DNA of 64,000 nt, from the NCBI GenBank assembly GCA_951406725.2, contig OX597821.1, positions 1,240,001 through 1,304,000 on the forward strand, written 5' to 3'. Of the stretch, positions 29,546-44,960 are shown piece by piece. This DNA is from Octopus vulgaris (lineage: Eukaryota). The notes under the pieces are model-generated. The model worked only from the letters and a program-made list of their open reading frames with translations, made no database searches and was not told the DNA's origin. Made by a program: the position numbers and the translations under genes. The number at the start of each line of letters is the position of its first letter. The first letter of the stretch is position 1.

Positions 29546-29596
29546 CTTATTCTTATTCTTCTTATTGTTGTTGTCGTCGTCGTTGTTGTTGTTATT

Positions 29597-29815
29597 AAGG
29601 CGGTGGGGTAGCAGAATCGTTACCGCGCCAGGTGAAGTGCTTAGCGGAATTTCGTCTGTCACTACGTTCTGAGTTCAAACACCGTCGAGGTCGACTTTGC
29701 GTTTCATCCTTTCGGGTTTCGATGAAATAGGTACCAGTTACGCACTGTGCTTAATGTAACCGACTTGTCTCCTCCCCATAAAATCTGAGGCTTTGCGCCT
29801 ATTGTAGAAAGGATT
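29597..29815 (+). mobile_element. SINE family A
   Basis: Head, B box, central domain and (ATT)n tail. Confidence 0.8.
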
Positions 29816-29876
29816 ATTATTATTATTATTATTAATATTATATTATTAGTTGTAGTAGTAGTAGTAGTAGTAGAGT

Positions 29877-30198
29877 GAAGGTGCGTGGCTTAGTGGTTAG
29901 GGCATTCGGCTCACGATTGTAAAGTCGTGAGTTCAATTTCCGTCGACGCGCTGTGTCTTTGAGCAAAACACTTTATTTCACGTTGCTCCAGTCCACTCAG
30001 CTGGCAAATATGAGTTTGTACCTGTATTTCAAAGGGCTGGCTTGTCACACTCTGTGTCACGCTGAATCTTCCTGGGAATTGCGTTAGGGGTACGCGTGCC
30101 TGTGGATTGCTCAGTCACTTGCACGTTAATTTCACGAGCAAGCTATTCCCTTGAATCGTATCAGCTGGGACCCTTGTCATCGTAATCGACGGAGTGCT
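29877..30198 (+). mobile_element. SINE family B, full length
   Basis: GAAGGTGCGTGGCTTAGTGGTTAGGGCATTCGGCTCACGAT head through CGTAATCGACGGAGTGC. Confidence 0.85.
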
Positions 30199-30228
30199 CC
30201 TATACCTATTAGTAGTAGTAGCAGTAAT

Positions 30229-30332
<104 letters not shown>

Positions 30333-31298
30333 TAGTTGCAGTAATAGTGGCGCGAGGTTTTAAAGCCAACTGAAAAACGTAACGCATGTGTTTTGGTCTT
30401 AGACATTTTACCGAAGCATATTATACTCACTTAGCAAGATTTGTTTTGACCAATTTACATAACAACTACAATAACAAAAACATCCACATCATTATGGAAA
30501 AAACATTTGACAGTAGCAACAACATCATCCAACTGCAAAGCGTGGCCCAAACGTCCGTAGTCAGAATGTCGCCTATCGAGATACTGTTTTAGCTGCAGCT
30601 CAACACCTTTTTTTCTTTTCCGAATACGGTTTTTCCTTCAATTTGATTCTTTAACCTTCTTGAAATGAGCGAAGCTGTGTACGAGAATTATAGCGAATGG
30701 GCAGTTGTATAAATTAGTGCGTTTATCAACAATTACACGGTGATTGATGGCCTCAAATGTTTTTGATAAATTCAGAATCGCTATAGAATTTGACGTATTT
30801 CTATGCATGTTTAATTATGCTGTCAATTAACTCAGTACATAACGAATGGTAGAAGAACCGCTTAATATCTCATCATATCAGATGCATTAAATTCAAGCAT
30901 TTAATTTATTTAGTAGCCAATCAAATACAAGATGCTGGATTCAGCCATGTTGGAGACTGTTCTTGACTGTTTAAGTGATCGGTTTTGCACATAATCTCTC
31001 AGTCAGAGCTTTAAGGACTTGGATTCCTGGCGGCATCTGCTATATTTCATTAGGAAGAGAACTTTGATAAAGGAAACATTTATTTAGAGCAGATTGTAAT
31101 GCAGTAGATAGAATCAACTATTTGACTGTTGATGATCAAATATATCCATCAAAGAATGGTGAGATCTATTGATTTCAGCTGTCGGGGAAGGAGAATAATG
31201 GCAAGGTTGTTCATACAAGCTTTAGTGTCATTAAAAACGAACAAAGAATAACTTCACTTTCTGGGTACAGGGAGTGATTTAACCATTTGTATGTTTCT

Positions 31299-31936
31299 TA
31301 TTTCTTTATTGCCCACAAGGGCAGACGAAATACCTATTTCTTTACTACCCACAAGGGGCTAAACACTGAGGGGACAAACAAGAACAGACAAACGGATTAA
31401 GTCAATTACATCGACCCCAATGCGTAACTGGTACTTAATTTATCGACCCCGAAAGGATGAAAGGCAAAGTCGACCTCGGTGGAATTTGAACTCAGAACGT
31501 AACGGCAGACGAAATACCTATTTCTTTACTACCCACAAGGGGCTAAACACAGAGGGAACAAACAAGAACAGACAAACGGATTAAGTCAATTACATCGACC
31601 CCAATACGTAACTGGTACTTAATTTATCGACCCCGAAAGGATGAAAGGCAAAGTCGACCTCGGCGGAATTTGAACTCAGAATGTAACGGCAGACAAAATA
31701 CCTATTTCTTTACTACCCACAAGGGTCTAAACACAGAGTGGACAAACAAGGGCAGACAAACGGATTTATTCGATTACATCGACCCCAGCGGGTAACTGGT
31801 ACTTAATTTATCGACCCCGAAAGGATGAAAGGCAATGTCGACCTCGGCGGAATTTGAACTCAGAACGTAACGGCAGACGAAATACCCCTAAGCATTTCGT
31901 CCGGCGTGCTAACCACTCTGCCAGCTCGCAGCCTTC
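31299..31936 (-). mobile_element. SINE family A with three tandem ~184-bp internal units and a 16-bp TSD
   Basis: Unit boundaries near 31321, 31505, 31689 and 31873. TSD CCATTTGTATGTTTCT at 31283-31298 and 31937-31952. Confidence 0.9.
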
Positions 31937-32089
31937 CCATTTGTATGTTTCTGCCCTACAGCTTAAGATAGAATGCCGTCAGGCGTTCAACTCTCTCGAC
32001 CAGTTGGGCAATTCAGTTGATCAAAGTTGAAATTTAGCAATATCTTTAGAAAGGTACTGGTGGATAAAATCGATAATGTTCTTCAAGAA

Positions 32090-32630
32090 ATTCTAGGTGT
32101 TGACTCGCACGAACTATCTGCTCTATTTGGGCTGGGAAATACTATTAATAATTTCCCGAATATCTTGGCTTTACATTACTGCCGAAATGCACTACCGGTT
32201 AACGATAAACACCAAAGGTACGGAAGTGCAACCAGGGGTATTTGCCCGACATGCGCGCAAAGCGACGAAACCGAACTGCATGTACTGTGTACTATCAGAT
32301 CAATTGCTATTTTGAGAGTTGTCACGTGTAGGACGAATCCAGCTATCTGCTAAGTTCATCGTGAAAATCATCACATCACTGCCTTTAAGATTCGAGACAG
32401 GCGGTGCTCCTCAGTAAAATGGCAATGGCGAGAGAGGTTATGTGGTAGATGAGGCTAAAATACATTTCTCTATTCCTCCAAGACCGCATCGACATTTTCC
32501 GTTTCGTTTGCTAAGAATAGTGAGGAAGGAGAGGGATATGTTCTCTTACAGTGAAATTGTCAAAAAGTGGGAGACTGTGACAAAAATGGTTTAGGCGAAA
32601 GGAACTACTCCAAGCATATACCTATTGATT
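32090..32630 (+). mobile_element. Old diverged Tx1-like LINE 3' fragment
   Basis: LALHYCRNALPVNDKHQRYGSATRGICPTCAQSDETELHV is homologous to the zf-RVT region at 24375; multiple frameshifts and stops. Confidence 0.7.
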
Positions 32631-33756
32631 GGAGGATAACATTGGAGTAAGAATTTGTGCCTTTGGTGTTCAGGACAATTCTGGAGATATGCGGTTCCTT
32701 GAGTAGCCCTAGTTAGAGGATCTCCTGTACCAGAAGGACTGCATTACCCATATTTTCGCATATTTTGTAAACTATATAAATGTGAGAAAATATCCCAAGG
32801 TGCCCTCTATATGGAGGACACCTTCGGATATTTTAGGATATATGGAGAACATAGAGATAAGTACCTGTAAAATATTTAATGTACCATGTGAATAAAAGAC
32901 ATAATTAATTAGTTGAAATTTAACACGTAGAAAAAGTCATCAGTATTAAGGGTAATTTTTAACGAAGAGAAGAATTGGAGAGAACTTGGAAATCTAAATT
33001 AACCGAACATCAAATGGAAACATGCAACTGGCAGTTGTCGGGTCATATATATATATATGAGTATGTGTGTGCATGTGTTTGTGTGTGTGATTCCCGAACT
33101 CGACGGACAAACAGCATGAGCGTCCAAACCACCCACTTTATGTATGGATGTACCTGATGCGACGCAAACTGCAACATGGGTGCAACAAATGGTGTACGGA
33201 GTCCCATCTATAAGGGGCAGTAGCAAGATCATCGAAACGATTGTCGTACAAAATAAAGACTGATATTAAATCCAACTTCTAGTTACTTAATCAATTATTA
33301 TTATTATTATTATTATTATTATCTCAATTAACACTGCGGAATTCCTGAAGTAGATTCACGGAAATATACCCCGACTGCGGACGACACCAGGTAGCCCAAA
33401 CCGTGCCAGTGCTTTACTGAACACTTCAACACACTAATTCACATATACGAATTAGTCCAAAATATTACACACACACACATACACACGCAAACACACACGC
33501 AGTCTTTCATTCTTACGTGTTTCAGTCATTTTGACTGTGCTCATGCTGGAGCACCGTCTTTTAGTCGAATAAATCGAATCCTGGACTTGTTCTTTGTAAG
33601 TCTAACATTCTCTTTTCCCGAGCACAACATACATTCACATTTATCCTTCTCTCTCTCTCTCTCTCTGTATATATATATATATATAACGTACTGTTCCATG
33701 ATACATAATACAAAATTTAAATAATTTAAATCAGAAGAGAACGAACATGCGTATAT

Positions 33757-33811
<55 letters not shown>

Positions 33812-33835
33812 GTTTGTGTGTGTGTGTAAATATAA

Positions 33836-33891
<56 letters not shown>

Positions 33892-34070
33892 AAGTAAGGG
33901 ACCGTACACGCCCTGCTTGCAGTGAGCGTTTTGAAAAATTATATTAATTACTATGTTGAACTCTGCGTCGAGTCGTGGACGTAACCAGTCAGTCGCTTGG
34001 TTTGTGTTTAACAAGAATTAATATATATATATATATCTCCATATATATATATATATATATGTGTATGTAT

Positions 34071-34142
<72 letters not shown>

Positions 34143-34247
34143 TTTTTATATATATAAATATATATATATTATGTATACGCATATATAAGTATACACACAC
34201 ATACATACATACATACATACATACATACATACATACATACATGCATG

Positions 34248-34306
<59 letters not shown>

Positions 34307-34450
34307 GTATGTTAACTAGTGTCTAGGTTACGTTCTGTGATTAGGCTGACAGAGTCAGGAGAGCGAATCTACATTTCGATCTAAATGAGCGCGTGGGAGT
34401 GCACTTGTGATTCCTTGGTAACTTGAATATATCTGTGTGGCTACATAGGT

Positions 34451-34492
<42 letters not shown>

Positions 34493-35305
34493 GCGCGCAA
34501 ATACACACAGACCCACACACAAACACACTTACACACATGTATATATGCATATATGTATGCTTATAGATATATATGCTCACGTATGCCTGTGGACGTATAT
34601 TCTTTTATTCTTCTATTTGCTTCAGTCATTTAACTGCAACCATGCTGGAGCACTGCCTTTAATATATATATACATATATATATATGCATATTTGAATATA
34701 TACATGCATATATCTATGTATGTATCAATAATTTACATCTTTGTATGTATGTATGTATGTATGTATGTATGTATGTATCTATCTATCTATCTATCTATCT
34801 ATCTGTCCGTCTTTTTGTCTGTCTGTCTGTCTGTCTGTCTATCTGATGCTGTAATCCTGCGTTGTGGTCATTGGGAAGATAAAGCACATCGTCTAAGCAT
34901 TTGCTGTCCATATAATAATGACCGCCTCTCGGAATGGAGGTTATAAAGAAGGGAGAAAGAAAGAGAAAGCGAGAGAGAGGGGGAGAGAAGGAGAGCAAGA
35001 GCGGGCATTGGCAGGATGGAGAGTGTGGGGGTAATATGGTGGATGTACTCGCTACAGATTAATTCGCATTAGACGATGGAATGGTGGTCCTGGCACTGCT
35101 AATCGTGGTGATGAACGTGTATGGAAAGGGGTTAGGGATTTCTACAAAGACACACAGACAGATTATAGTTATGCATGGATGTGCTGCTGGTGGTGGTGGT
35201 GATGGTGGCGATAGTCGTCTTCTTGGTGGGGGAGGCGCAGCAATATCAATACACTTCATCAATAATTAAATGAACAGATGGACGTTATACAATAATTATC
35301 TTTTG

Positions 35306-35342
<37 letters not shown>

Positions 35343-35829
35343 TTTGGCCTTAATTAGTATCTGTAGAGTGCTTGCGTATTTATGTGCTTGCTTCGAAATG
35401 TATTCATAAATATGCATGAGTATGTGAATTTGTATACGCTTCTGTGTGTGTTTGTGTGTGTGTGTGTGTGTGTGTTTGTGTGTATGCATTAGTGTTTGAT
35501 TGCTTGTGTTTGTGAATGCATTTATGCACAAACGTTTCTAAGAGTATTTATGCGCACGTTGGTCCCTATTAGTATGCATTTGTGTATATGTGCAAGCCTG
35601 TATTACATATATGTACATACGCGCATATGTATATATTTCCAAACGTAAGTGTTCATATATATATGTGTGTGTATGTGGTGTGTAGCTATACACACACTCA
35701 CGGACACGCACACACACATACACACTCAACCACACTCACACGCACATGCAAACACACACACGCGGGTGCGTGCATATATATATATATATATGTAATATTT
35801 TTCTGGATTTGACTACCAGAGTGCGCTTA

Positions 35830-36300
<471 letters not shown>

Positions 36301-37070
36301 GAAAAGTATATATATAGTTATACAAGTATATGAATGTATGTATGAATGTGTGTGTGTGTGTGTGTGTGTGTGTTTCTGAATGCATTATTAACACACAGAG
36401 ATATTCACACACATAAGAGGGAAATGTGTAAGCGACTGTCTGCTTCACTGTCAACATGTGTAACCGTGTATTTGTGTTTACATACAATCAATATTCGTAT
36501 GCAACCGCGCCCTTGTGCGTATATATGTGTGTGTGTGTGTATTTATTGCTTTAAAAGTGTGTCAGGATCACCCCAAAATGTCTGTATGAATATTTCTTTC
36601 CATCCGTCTCTGTCATTTCCTTCATTTCTGTTATCTTACTACTTAATTGAACTAATTTCATGTCCACGAAACTATTTTCTTCCATCTGCTCATTTTCTTT
36701 ATGATCTCCGTCTTGCTCGTTTTCTCTCCCATCCTTTTCAACATAATACTTTTGTTTCCCAACTTATTATTGACACCCATTATATCGCTAAAAGTAGTTC
36801 AGCTGGTGTACAATGCAAAGATTTAGGACACCAATTTCTTATGAATTTGTCTCATTATCGAATCTTTCAGTTCAGGAAATCTCTTACAGTCTTCAACATT
36901 TCATAAGTCTGTCTCTATTCTTACTTTCATCATTTTTATATATTCTCCAAATCTCTTTTCCCAAAGGCTTATAATTAAGTGAACAAGAACCTTAACACCT
37001 CTTTTCACTGTTCTAAATATAATACTCCGTTTTTATCAGAACTAATTTAGTTCGTACCATACAAGAGTAT

Positions 37071-37950
37071 ACGAAGGGTTACTCAAAAGAAACCGGAATT
37101 TCGCAGTATTATTTTACTCATTTAGTTTTACATGTTTACACTTTTATCGCCTTCAAGATATTCTCTATTTGAATCAATACATTAGTGCGGGCGCATTTTC
37201 TGCTATTTGAAGCAGTGCTCGAACTCTTACGAAGTGATGCCTTTTAATACCTCCGTCATTTTTTTCTTCACCTTTTCCATATCTGCGAATTACGTAGCAC
37301 CAGCTTTCGTCGCCAGTGATGATCTTCGAAAAAAGATCCGGATCAACCTCCGACTGTTCTTTCAGTTTACAGCACGCATTCAGTCGTGACTGATTTTGAT
37401 CTTCCGTGAGCAAGCGAGCCACAAATTTTGCTGCAACTTTTTTTTATTCGCATTTCCTCGCTCAAAATTCGTTAGCAGGAGTTCTAGGACACAGCAATCA
37501 TATTAACAAGTTCGTCGTTTGTTCGGTGACGGTCCTCCAAGACCAGTTCGTGAATTTTCATAATGTTTTCATTCATTCGAGAGGTCAGCGGTCGTTCTGA
37601 ACGAGGTTGGTCTTCAAGCGACAAATGCCATTCTTAACGTGCGAAAATCACTCATAAAATTGAGTTTTGCTCATGGCAGCGTCCTTGTAAGCTGTTTGAA
37701 GCATGACAACTGTTTTGGCCGCCGTTCACGAAAGCATACTGTTCCTTCGTTTCAGCCACCGCAAAAATCGACGAACAGAGAAGTACTGCAAAACAAAGAC
37801 GCACCACGTGACAATATGACCACAAAGGACAACGTCGATCAGCAGACTATTGCTTGATGGTCGCATCAAGGGGACACTAGCGGTGGAAGCTTGAACTACA
37901 ACGGGCTCGTGTCACAAAGAATATTTTCAGTTATTTTTGGGTACCCTGCA
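37071..37950 (-). mobile_element. Internally deleted, decayed mariner element
   Basis: RLLTEDQ...RLNAC...DPDLFSKIITGDESWCY motif. Degenerate TIRs AGGGTTACTCAAAAGAAACCGGAAT (37075) and TTTCAGTTATTTTTGGGTACCCT (37925-37947). Confidence 0.8.
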
Positions 37951-38599
37951 TCTGCACTTACATATTACAACTTTCATTTAATTCTGTATTTATTTTAGCC
38001 TATGCAATCCCTTATATAATCTGGTTGTCTCTGCAGTGTTTTGTGTGTACAATTTAGTTTAAGCCATATATAAAAGTGCAATTGCGTATATGTTCTCTTA
38101 GTCATTTTCTTGTGCAGATGGTTTAGTTGTAAAGTTTAGACCATGCTGGAGCAGCACCTTATTTATGGACTGAATCGTATTTAGTTTATTCTTTATATTG
38201 TATTTCCTATTTTGCCATTTTGTCTGAGCATTATCTATTGTTTTTCTTTTTAAGTGAGTTTATTTATTTAAATGTTTCTGCCATGAACCTACACTTCTGG
38301 AGATGGATTGTCTGGTGATTGGAAGTGAAATCTAATCTATATAAATGATGTTTAACATTTTCAAAACGTTCCTTTGGGATGCGTTTTGCTTTTCGCCTTT
38401 ATCTTCAGTAACGTACGTAGAATTCAAGCACAGGTTTTAGATAAGCTACTGTTCCTTTTGCTATTCATCTTCTAAAGGGTTAATAACATACGAAGCAATC
38501 AAATATTGGTTTGAGATAAACCCCACTACGTTTCTGGACTTACGCCTATGTAAAATATCAATATAATGGTGTTATTAGAGTAATGGTGTGTTTATAGTT

Positions 38600-38915
38600 G
38601 AGAGTATCTTTTAAAATGACAGTATCTTTGACAGTCAACATTATCTTTCACAGTTGGCAGTATCATATCTTTGGGAGTACCTCTAACAATCCACAGTATT
38701 TTTGACACTGTATTTGACATTCAACGTTATATTTGACAGCTGACAGCAACTTTGGACGCGTATTTCTGACATTTGACAGTATCTTTGAAACTATCGTTGA
38801 AATTCGATAAATCCTTGATAGCATATTTGGCAGTTGACAATATTTCGACCGTTGACAATATATTTGACAATGTCTCTAACTACTATTGAAACTATTTTTG
38901 ATTGTTGACATCTTA
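38600..38915 (+). repeat. Degenerate minisatellite built on TTGACAGTATCTTTGACAG
   Basis: TGACA motif recurs more than 10 times at irregular short spacing. Confidence 0.55.
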
Positions 38916-39154
38916 TTTAGAGTTAATAGAATACGGGCTATAATTAATGATACACAGTAAAATTAAGTTTGGAATTCCAGGTTATCAGGGATAAAATATT
39001 ATAATTGTATGGAGAGAGAAAGGGGATAGAGAGAAGAGGAAGAAAAGAGAGAGAGGGAGAACAGTGAGGGATAGAGAGATAAATGCAAAAAGAAACGAGT
39101 AAAAGCAGGTCAAACTTATGAAAAGTATGCAGGTGTGTTAGGGTTAGGTTTAAT

Positions 39155-39415
39155 TTTAAGATACATCTTGCAGATACTCTGGGATGCATCGTCAGCAATG
39201 TCTCCGGAGTTTCTGATATTTCCAGGTCGTTCAGCATCAGATCCTTACATCTAGTTGTCCCAGTCGAGGTTGATGAAGTCCCCGCTTGCATCCCAGTACC
39301 AGTAAATCTCTGGTTCATCCTTTTTGTCCAAAGTCACCCGGTGGCTCTGCAGATTCAGCTTTATTGTTCACCGCTTTGCTGCACCAGTAACTCCAAGCCC
39401 CGCCAGAGCTTTCAC
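39155..39415 (-). mobile_element. Hero/R2-group RLE retrotransposon 3' end remnant
   Basis: Minus strand encodes LAGLGVTGAAKR*TIK...LWTKR with decay. It is followed by a 3' UTR (TCAACCTCGACTGGG...CTGATGCTGAACGACCTGGAAA...CATTGCTGACGATGCATCC) resembling Hero 3' ends as recalled. Confidence 0.5.
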
Positions 39416-39969
39416 AATTAAACGCCCCCTCCCCTCAAAACCTCGAAGGCCCACGTCTATTATTTTAGAACATGCCTATCAAAGCCCTACTCTTTCATGA
39501 CTATATAAAATTTTATGTCAAATAGAACATCCTCCAGATGTATCTAATTCTAGTGAAAGTTGTAATTCAGGAGAAAAGCCTTCCCTCAAAAACACATCCT
39601 GCTGAAGAATGCCACATTTAGTATGAAACAATGCCATAGGCACAACCCATCACATAGAATGAATCCACGGTGGACCTTGAAAGTGTTTTCTTTCAGTCCA
39701 GCCCATTTCAAACATTCAGGATAGGTCATAGAAAGTATGATGATTTCCTTTCACCAATCCCAGTAATTTTGGGTTTCCTAGAATTGTTGCAATCAAATTG
39801 TGTTTCGTTATTTAACTGAGTTATAAAAAATTCACTAGAAAACTAGTAATATTTATAATACAAGATTTCATGTGAATATATTAACAATATTTTTTATATA
39901 ACGCATTGTATAGTCTTATTTTCGATCAAAAGCCACATTTGAATATTACTGTATGTACGAACGTATGTG

Positions 39970-40026
<57 letters not shown>

Positions 40027-40305
40027 ATATGTATATATGTGTGTGTGTGTGTATGTGTGTGTGTGTGAGTGTGTGTGTATGTATATATATAAATATATAT
40101 ATATGTATATATATATGTATGTGTGTGTATATATATATATGCATATCTGCATATACATATGTATATAGACATATGCGTGTGTATAAATTTATATATATAT
40201 ATATATATGTATAGATACGTACATAAATATGTAATGTGACCTCGTGTGCACCGTTGGCGATTTTTTTCCTCTGTCTTCCCTTCTCTGGATTATTCCTTCT
40301 CCTAT

Positions 40306-40340
40306 GTTTCCGACGAAGAGCTCTGCTCGAAACGTTAAAC
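40306..40340 (+). ncRNA. Minimal type I hammerhead motif, CCGACGA variant
   Basis: GTTT-CCGACGA-A-GAGC TCT GCTC-GAAAC-GTT-AAAC. All three stems present; core U4 changed to C. Confidence 0.55.
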
Positions 40341-40432
40341 CCTCCTTCTTTCCTTCTTTCCTGAGCATCTAATAATATTTATTCCACGTCTTCGCGTTGT
40401 TGTGTTTTTTTTGTGCTTTCTTGTTTGGATTA

Positions 40433-40566
<134 letters not shown>

Positions 40567-41646
40567 TGTATTTATGTAATTATTGTTTGTGTGAGTGTGT
40601 GTTAGCGAGCGTGTTCCTCTGTATGTCGCTGTGTCTATATGGATGTTATAACGTAGATGTGTACTTATATACATCCAAGCACACACTCTTATATACACAC
40701 ACGCACATACTCACACAGACACACTCTTACACCATTTGGCAAGTGTGTTCTTGTGCGCATATAAATACACACATATAAAACATTTACATCCATAAACATA
40801 CATGCACATGTGTATATTTGTATTTGTAAATGTACATATGTATAAACGTATGCAAATATTTATGTGCATATAAGCACATACGTACGCACATACATACGTA
40901 CGCACATACATACGCACATACATACGTACGCACATACATACGTACGCACATACGTACGCACAACCATACGCACATACATACGTACGTACAAACAGATACA
41001 CACACACACACACACACACACATACACATATATATATATACATAGATACATGCATACGTACATGCTCAAAGACACATACACACAGACACACACACATACA
41101 TGCATGCATGCACACAGACGCAGACGCACACATAACTCCCTCCGCACACACACACGCACGCATATATTATATACATGCTATAAAAGTACAACGCACGGTC
41201 TATTGTGCATACACACATAAGAAACAAACGTGTAAATACCCTTAAGTCCAAGTTTATATTTAAATTTCCCTAGCTACCAAAGTAACATATAACACAAACT
41301 TTTATGTTAGCTATCGGTTAAAGTCCAACAGAGATTTTGTAAACCTGTTTATTACATTAAAAAACAAAAAAGCGGCAAGATAAACTACCTACGGTTTGAC
41401 CGTCGAATTTTATTGCCGATAAAAACTTAAAACGATCACACAACCCACTCTCGTGTAGGGATAACATGAAAACGTATTGTAAACCGTTAAAGCCAACTTT
41501 AATTGCTTTTGGCTATGTTCTACCAATATAAAACCTTAGTATAGGATGTTCTTCTGGTTTTTATGATACAATAGATGCCTTAAGGGATATACCATATGCG
41601 TGTATGTACGGGCATTGATGCGAGTGTATGTAATTATGTATATATA

Positions 41647-41722
<76 letters not shown>

Positions 41723-41723
41723 A

Positions 41724-41785
<62 letters not shown>

Positions 41786-42055
41786 CTTTATGTATATGTC
41801 TATATGTATATAATTATATATGAATGTATGTATATATGTATATATACATGTATGTATGTTGTATGTATGTTCATATGTATATGTGTGTGTGATTGAATGT
41901 ATATGCATGTAGCTGTTTGATTTGTATGTGTGTGTGTGTATATATATATATATTTATATATATATATACACACATACATATATAAGTATATGTTTATATA
42001 TATGTATATATATGTATATATATGTATATATATATATATATCACATATACATGCA

Positions 42056-42099
<44 letters not shown>

Positions 42100-42221
42100 T
42101 GTATATATATAAAAAAGATGTTCATTTATCTATATTTATTTACTTGCGAGTTATTTACATTTTTGTACATGCAAAGTGCATGTTTATTTGCATGGAGAAA
42201 AAAAATATATATACACATATA

Positions 42222-42324
<103 letters not shown>

Positions 42325-42710
42325 GTACGCGTAGATTTACTTCAATTCGAGAATAGATTAGGTGGTGAAATATAGAGCCTGTATCCATGAAATTCTTTTT
42401 AACGTTCGCAATAGGACATAAATCTGTTTCAACGGCAAAAAATCACATCGGTAAACAACACAAAAGTAAGTCTTATTATAAGGCATGATGTAAACATTGT
42501 CAACAACAACAACAACAACAACAATGACAGCAACAAGAACAGCAACAGCAACAAGAACAATGTGGTATTGTAATAGGTCGTTGTGTATTGATGACTCTCA
42601 TCTCTATGGAAGTTCTGAGATTGCCATGTTAAGTGCAATTTGGCTTTAAAGAATTATATATGGAGTGAGAATGTACAAACCATTGAAGTATATGTACGAT
42701 CCCACTATTA

Positions 42711-42746
<36 letters not shown>

Positions 42747-43002
42747 CTACTACTACTACTACGACGACGACGAATGCTACTAGTACTACTATCACTAAAA
42801 CTGCTGCTGCTTCTACTACAAGTACTACTGATAGTCCCACCACTAGCACCACCATCGCAACCACTACCACCACCGCAACAACTACCACCACCGCAACCAC
42901 TACCACCACCGCAACCACTACCACCACCGCAACCACTACCACCACCGCCGCCGCCGCTACCAACACCTACGTCAACCACCACCACCATCACCACCACCAC
43001 CA

Positions 43003-43195
43003 TCCCGGAAAGGTGAAAGGCAAAGTCGACCTCGGCGGAACTTGAACTAAGAACATCAAGACACGAAATACCGCAAAGCATTTCGCCCGGCATGCTAACG
43101 TTTCTGCCAGTCACCGCCTTGTAAGAATCGTAATATTCTTTTCTACTCTATGCACAGGCCTGAAAAATTTTTTTGGGGGTTGGCGGGCAGTCGAG
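43003..43195 (-). mobile_element. SINE family A fragments
   Basis: GAAAGGCAAAGTCGACCTCGGCGGAA...TTCTGCCAG.CACCGCCTT plus a tail fragment. Confidence 0.7.
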
Positions 43196-43339
43196 GGATC
43201 GCGGGTTCGAATCTCAGAATTTAAGATGGCCCTTCGTCAGAAAGAGGAAAGAGTTATAGAAAAGCATTTGTGCGGTTATATGGCTATACATATGCATACA
43301 TACATACCTAGACACACACACACACAGAGAAAAAATATA

Positions 43340-43370
<31 letters not shown>

Positions 43371-43404
43371 GTGTGTGTGTGTGTGTGTATGAATATATAT
43401 ATAT

Positions 43405-43485
43405 AATAACAATTTAACAAATAAAACATATGCATACATACATACATATAGGTAATACCTACATCTATATGTATATATACATGCA

Positions 43486-43543
<58 letters not shown>

Positions 43544-43790
43544 TACAGGACACCACAAATAAACGTAGAACACAAAGAGAAACGAAAACATAAAAACAAA
43601 CAAGGAGACGCACTTTTTTTAACAATGAAAAAACAGAGTACAAGACAAACAATACAAGGAATATTCCCCTTCATCAGCTGCCCCTGGTTCGACTCAATGC
43701 GTGTTTCGAAGGTAAAGGCAGAACACGATCCGGCCGAAGCAGTCCTTCCTGCAAAATGAATTAAATAAAATTCTTTTGCAGAGGGGTAAA
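43405..43790 (-). repeat. Family D, copy 2
   Basis: Minus strand: TTTGCAGGAAGG...CCTTCGAAACACGCATTGAGTC...CAGCTGATGAAGGGG...GGTGTCCTGTAC. Confidence 0.65.
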
Positions 43791-44037
43791 AAAAGAAAAA
43801 GAGTGACAAGAACAGGACGTAAAAGCAATACAAATAGAAATACAGTACACATAAAGAATAAAAACAGGACAAGGAAACCAACATTGGGGGCTTTTTTAAG
43901 CCTAGACGGTGGAAAAATTCGTTGGAGCGCAATTCAGAAAATCGACAGAAGTTGGTGTTGACTTGTTGAAGTCTGCGAGCGAAAGAAAGTTAGTAGTCCG
44001 GTCAGCGGCCAGAGAGAGGAGTGAGAGAGAGGAAGAG

Positions 44038-44093
<56 letters not shown>

Positions 44094-44772
44094 GAAACCT
44101 TATAAATATATACGCGTACACGTGTGTATTATGGGTGTGCATGTATGTGTGTGACATGACGACAGTTTTCCAAAGATGACCAAGTCCAGGAACCTGACCG
44201 GCCGTCATGAGTTTGTGCCGGTCGCTGTTTTCATGGAACCCGCACAATTGATTCCCTCCGCAAAATCAGAATACTTGCGTTTCGTCAGAGAAATAAGCTG
44301 TAAAGCCACCCCGCTGTAAGGCCATGGAGGGGGCGGACTTACAGCAAGTGCCGCTGGCCATTCTCCGCAGTATTATATTTGCAATCATGTCCGCGAGGTG
44401 CGGCTATCCATTACTCTCTCCTTCCCCCATCTTCTGCTGCTTAATCTCACCTTTTTTTCTACTTCCTTGGTGAGATATTTAAGAAGTTTCTTTTCTTTCG
44501 ATAACTTGGTATTTTATTCTTTTAATGTTTTCTTTCTTTTCTTCTTGTAAAAATATTTTGCTAATAAAATGTACTTTTTGATTCTTAATAAAAATACGTT
44601 AACAATGTACTTTGATGTAATGCAAGCATCCATTGAGCCAAGAAGGAAGTGTAGTTTTAAATTGTTAACAATCTAAAACTATGCAGTTCGAATTTCCGTC
44701 AGAGTGAAATTACAGACCGCATCCCGAATTTAATTGCCATACTTGTATGTATATATGTATGTATGTATGTAC

Positions 44773-44803
<31 letters not shown>

Positions 44804-44891
44804 TGTATGTATGTATGTATGTATGTATGTATGTATGTATGTATGTATGTATGTATGTATGTATGCATGTATGTATGTATGTATATGTATG

Positions 44892-44934
<43 letters not shown>

Positions 44935-44960
44935 TTTATTTAAAGCAGCAGAAAATTCAA

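Noticed and set aside
31321-31900. CRISPR-like or satellite array
   Set aside because: The units are full 184-bp SINE-derived tandem copies with no unique spacers, in eukaryotic context with no cas genes.
39225-39250. CTGATG...GAAA motif in the Hero-like 3' UTR as a hammerhead
   Set aside because: The core reads CTGATGC with no convincing stems II and III; kept only as part of the LINE remnant.
42665-43045. Thr/Pro/His-rich mucin-like ORF (also 50406-50792 and 59611-59874)
   Set aside because: Degenerate trinucleotide microsatellites open in several frames, running directly into SINE or microsatellite sequence.
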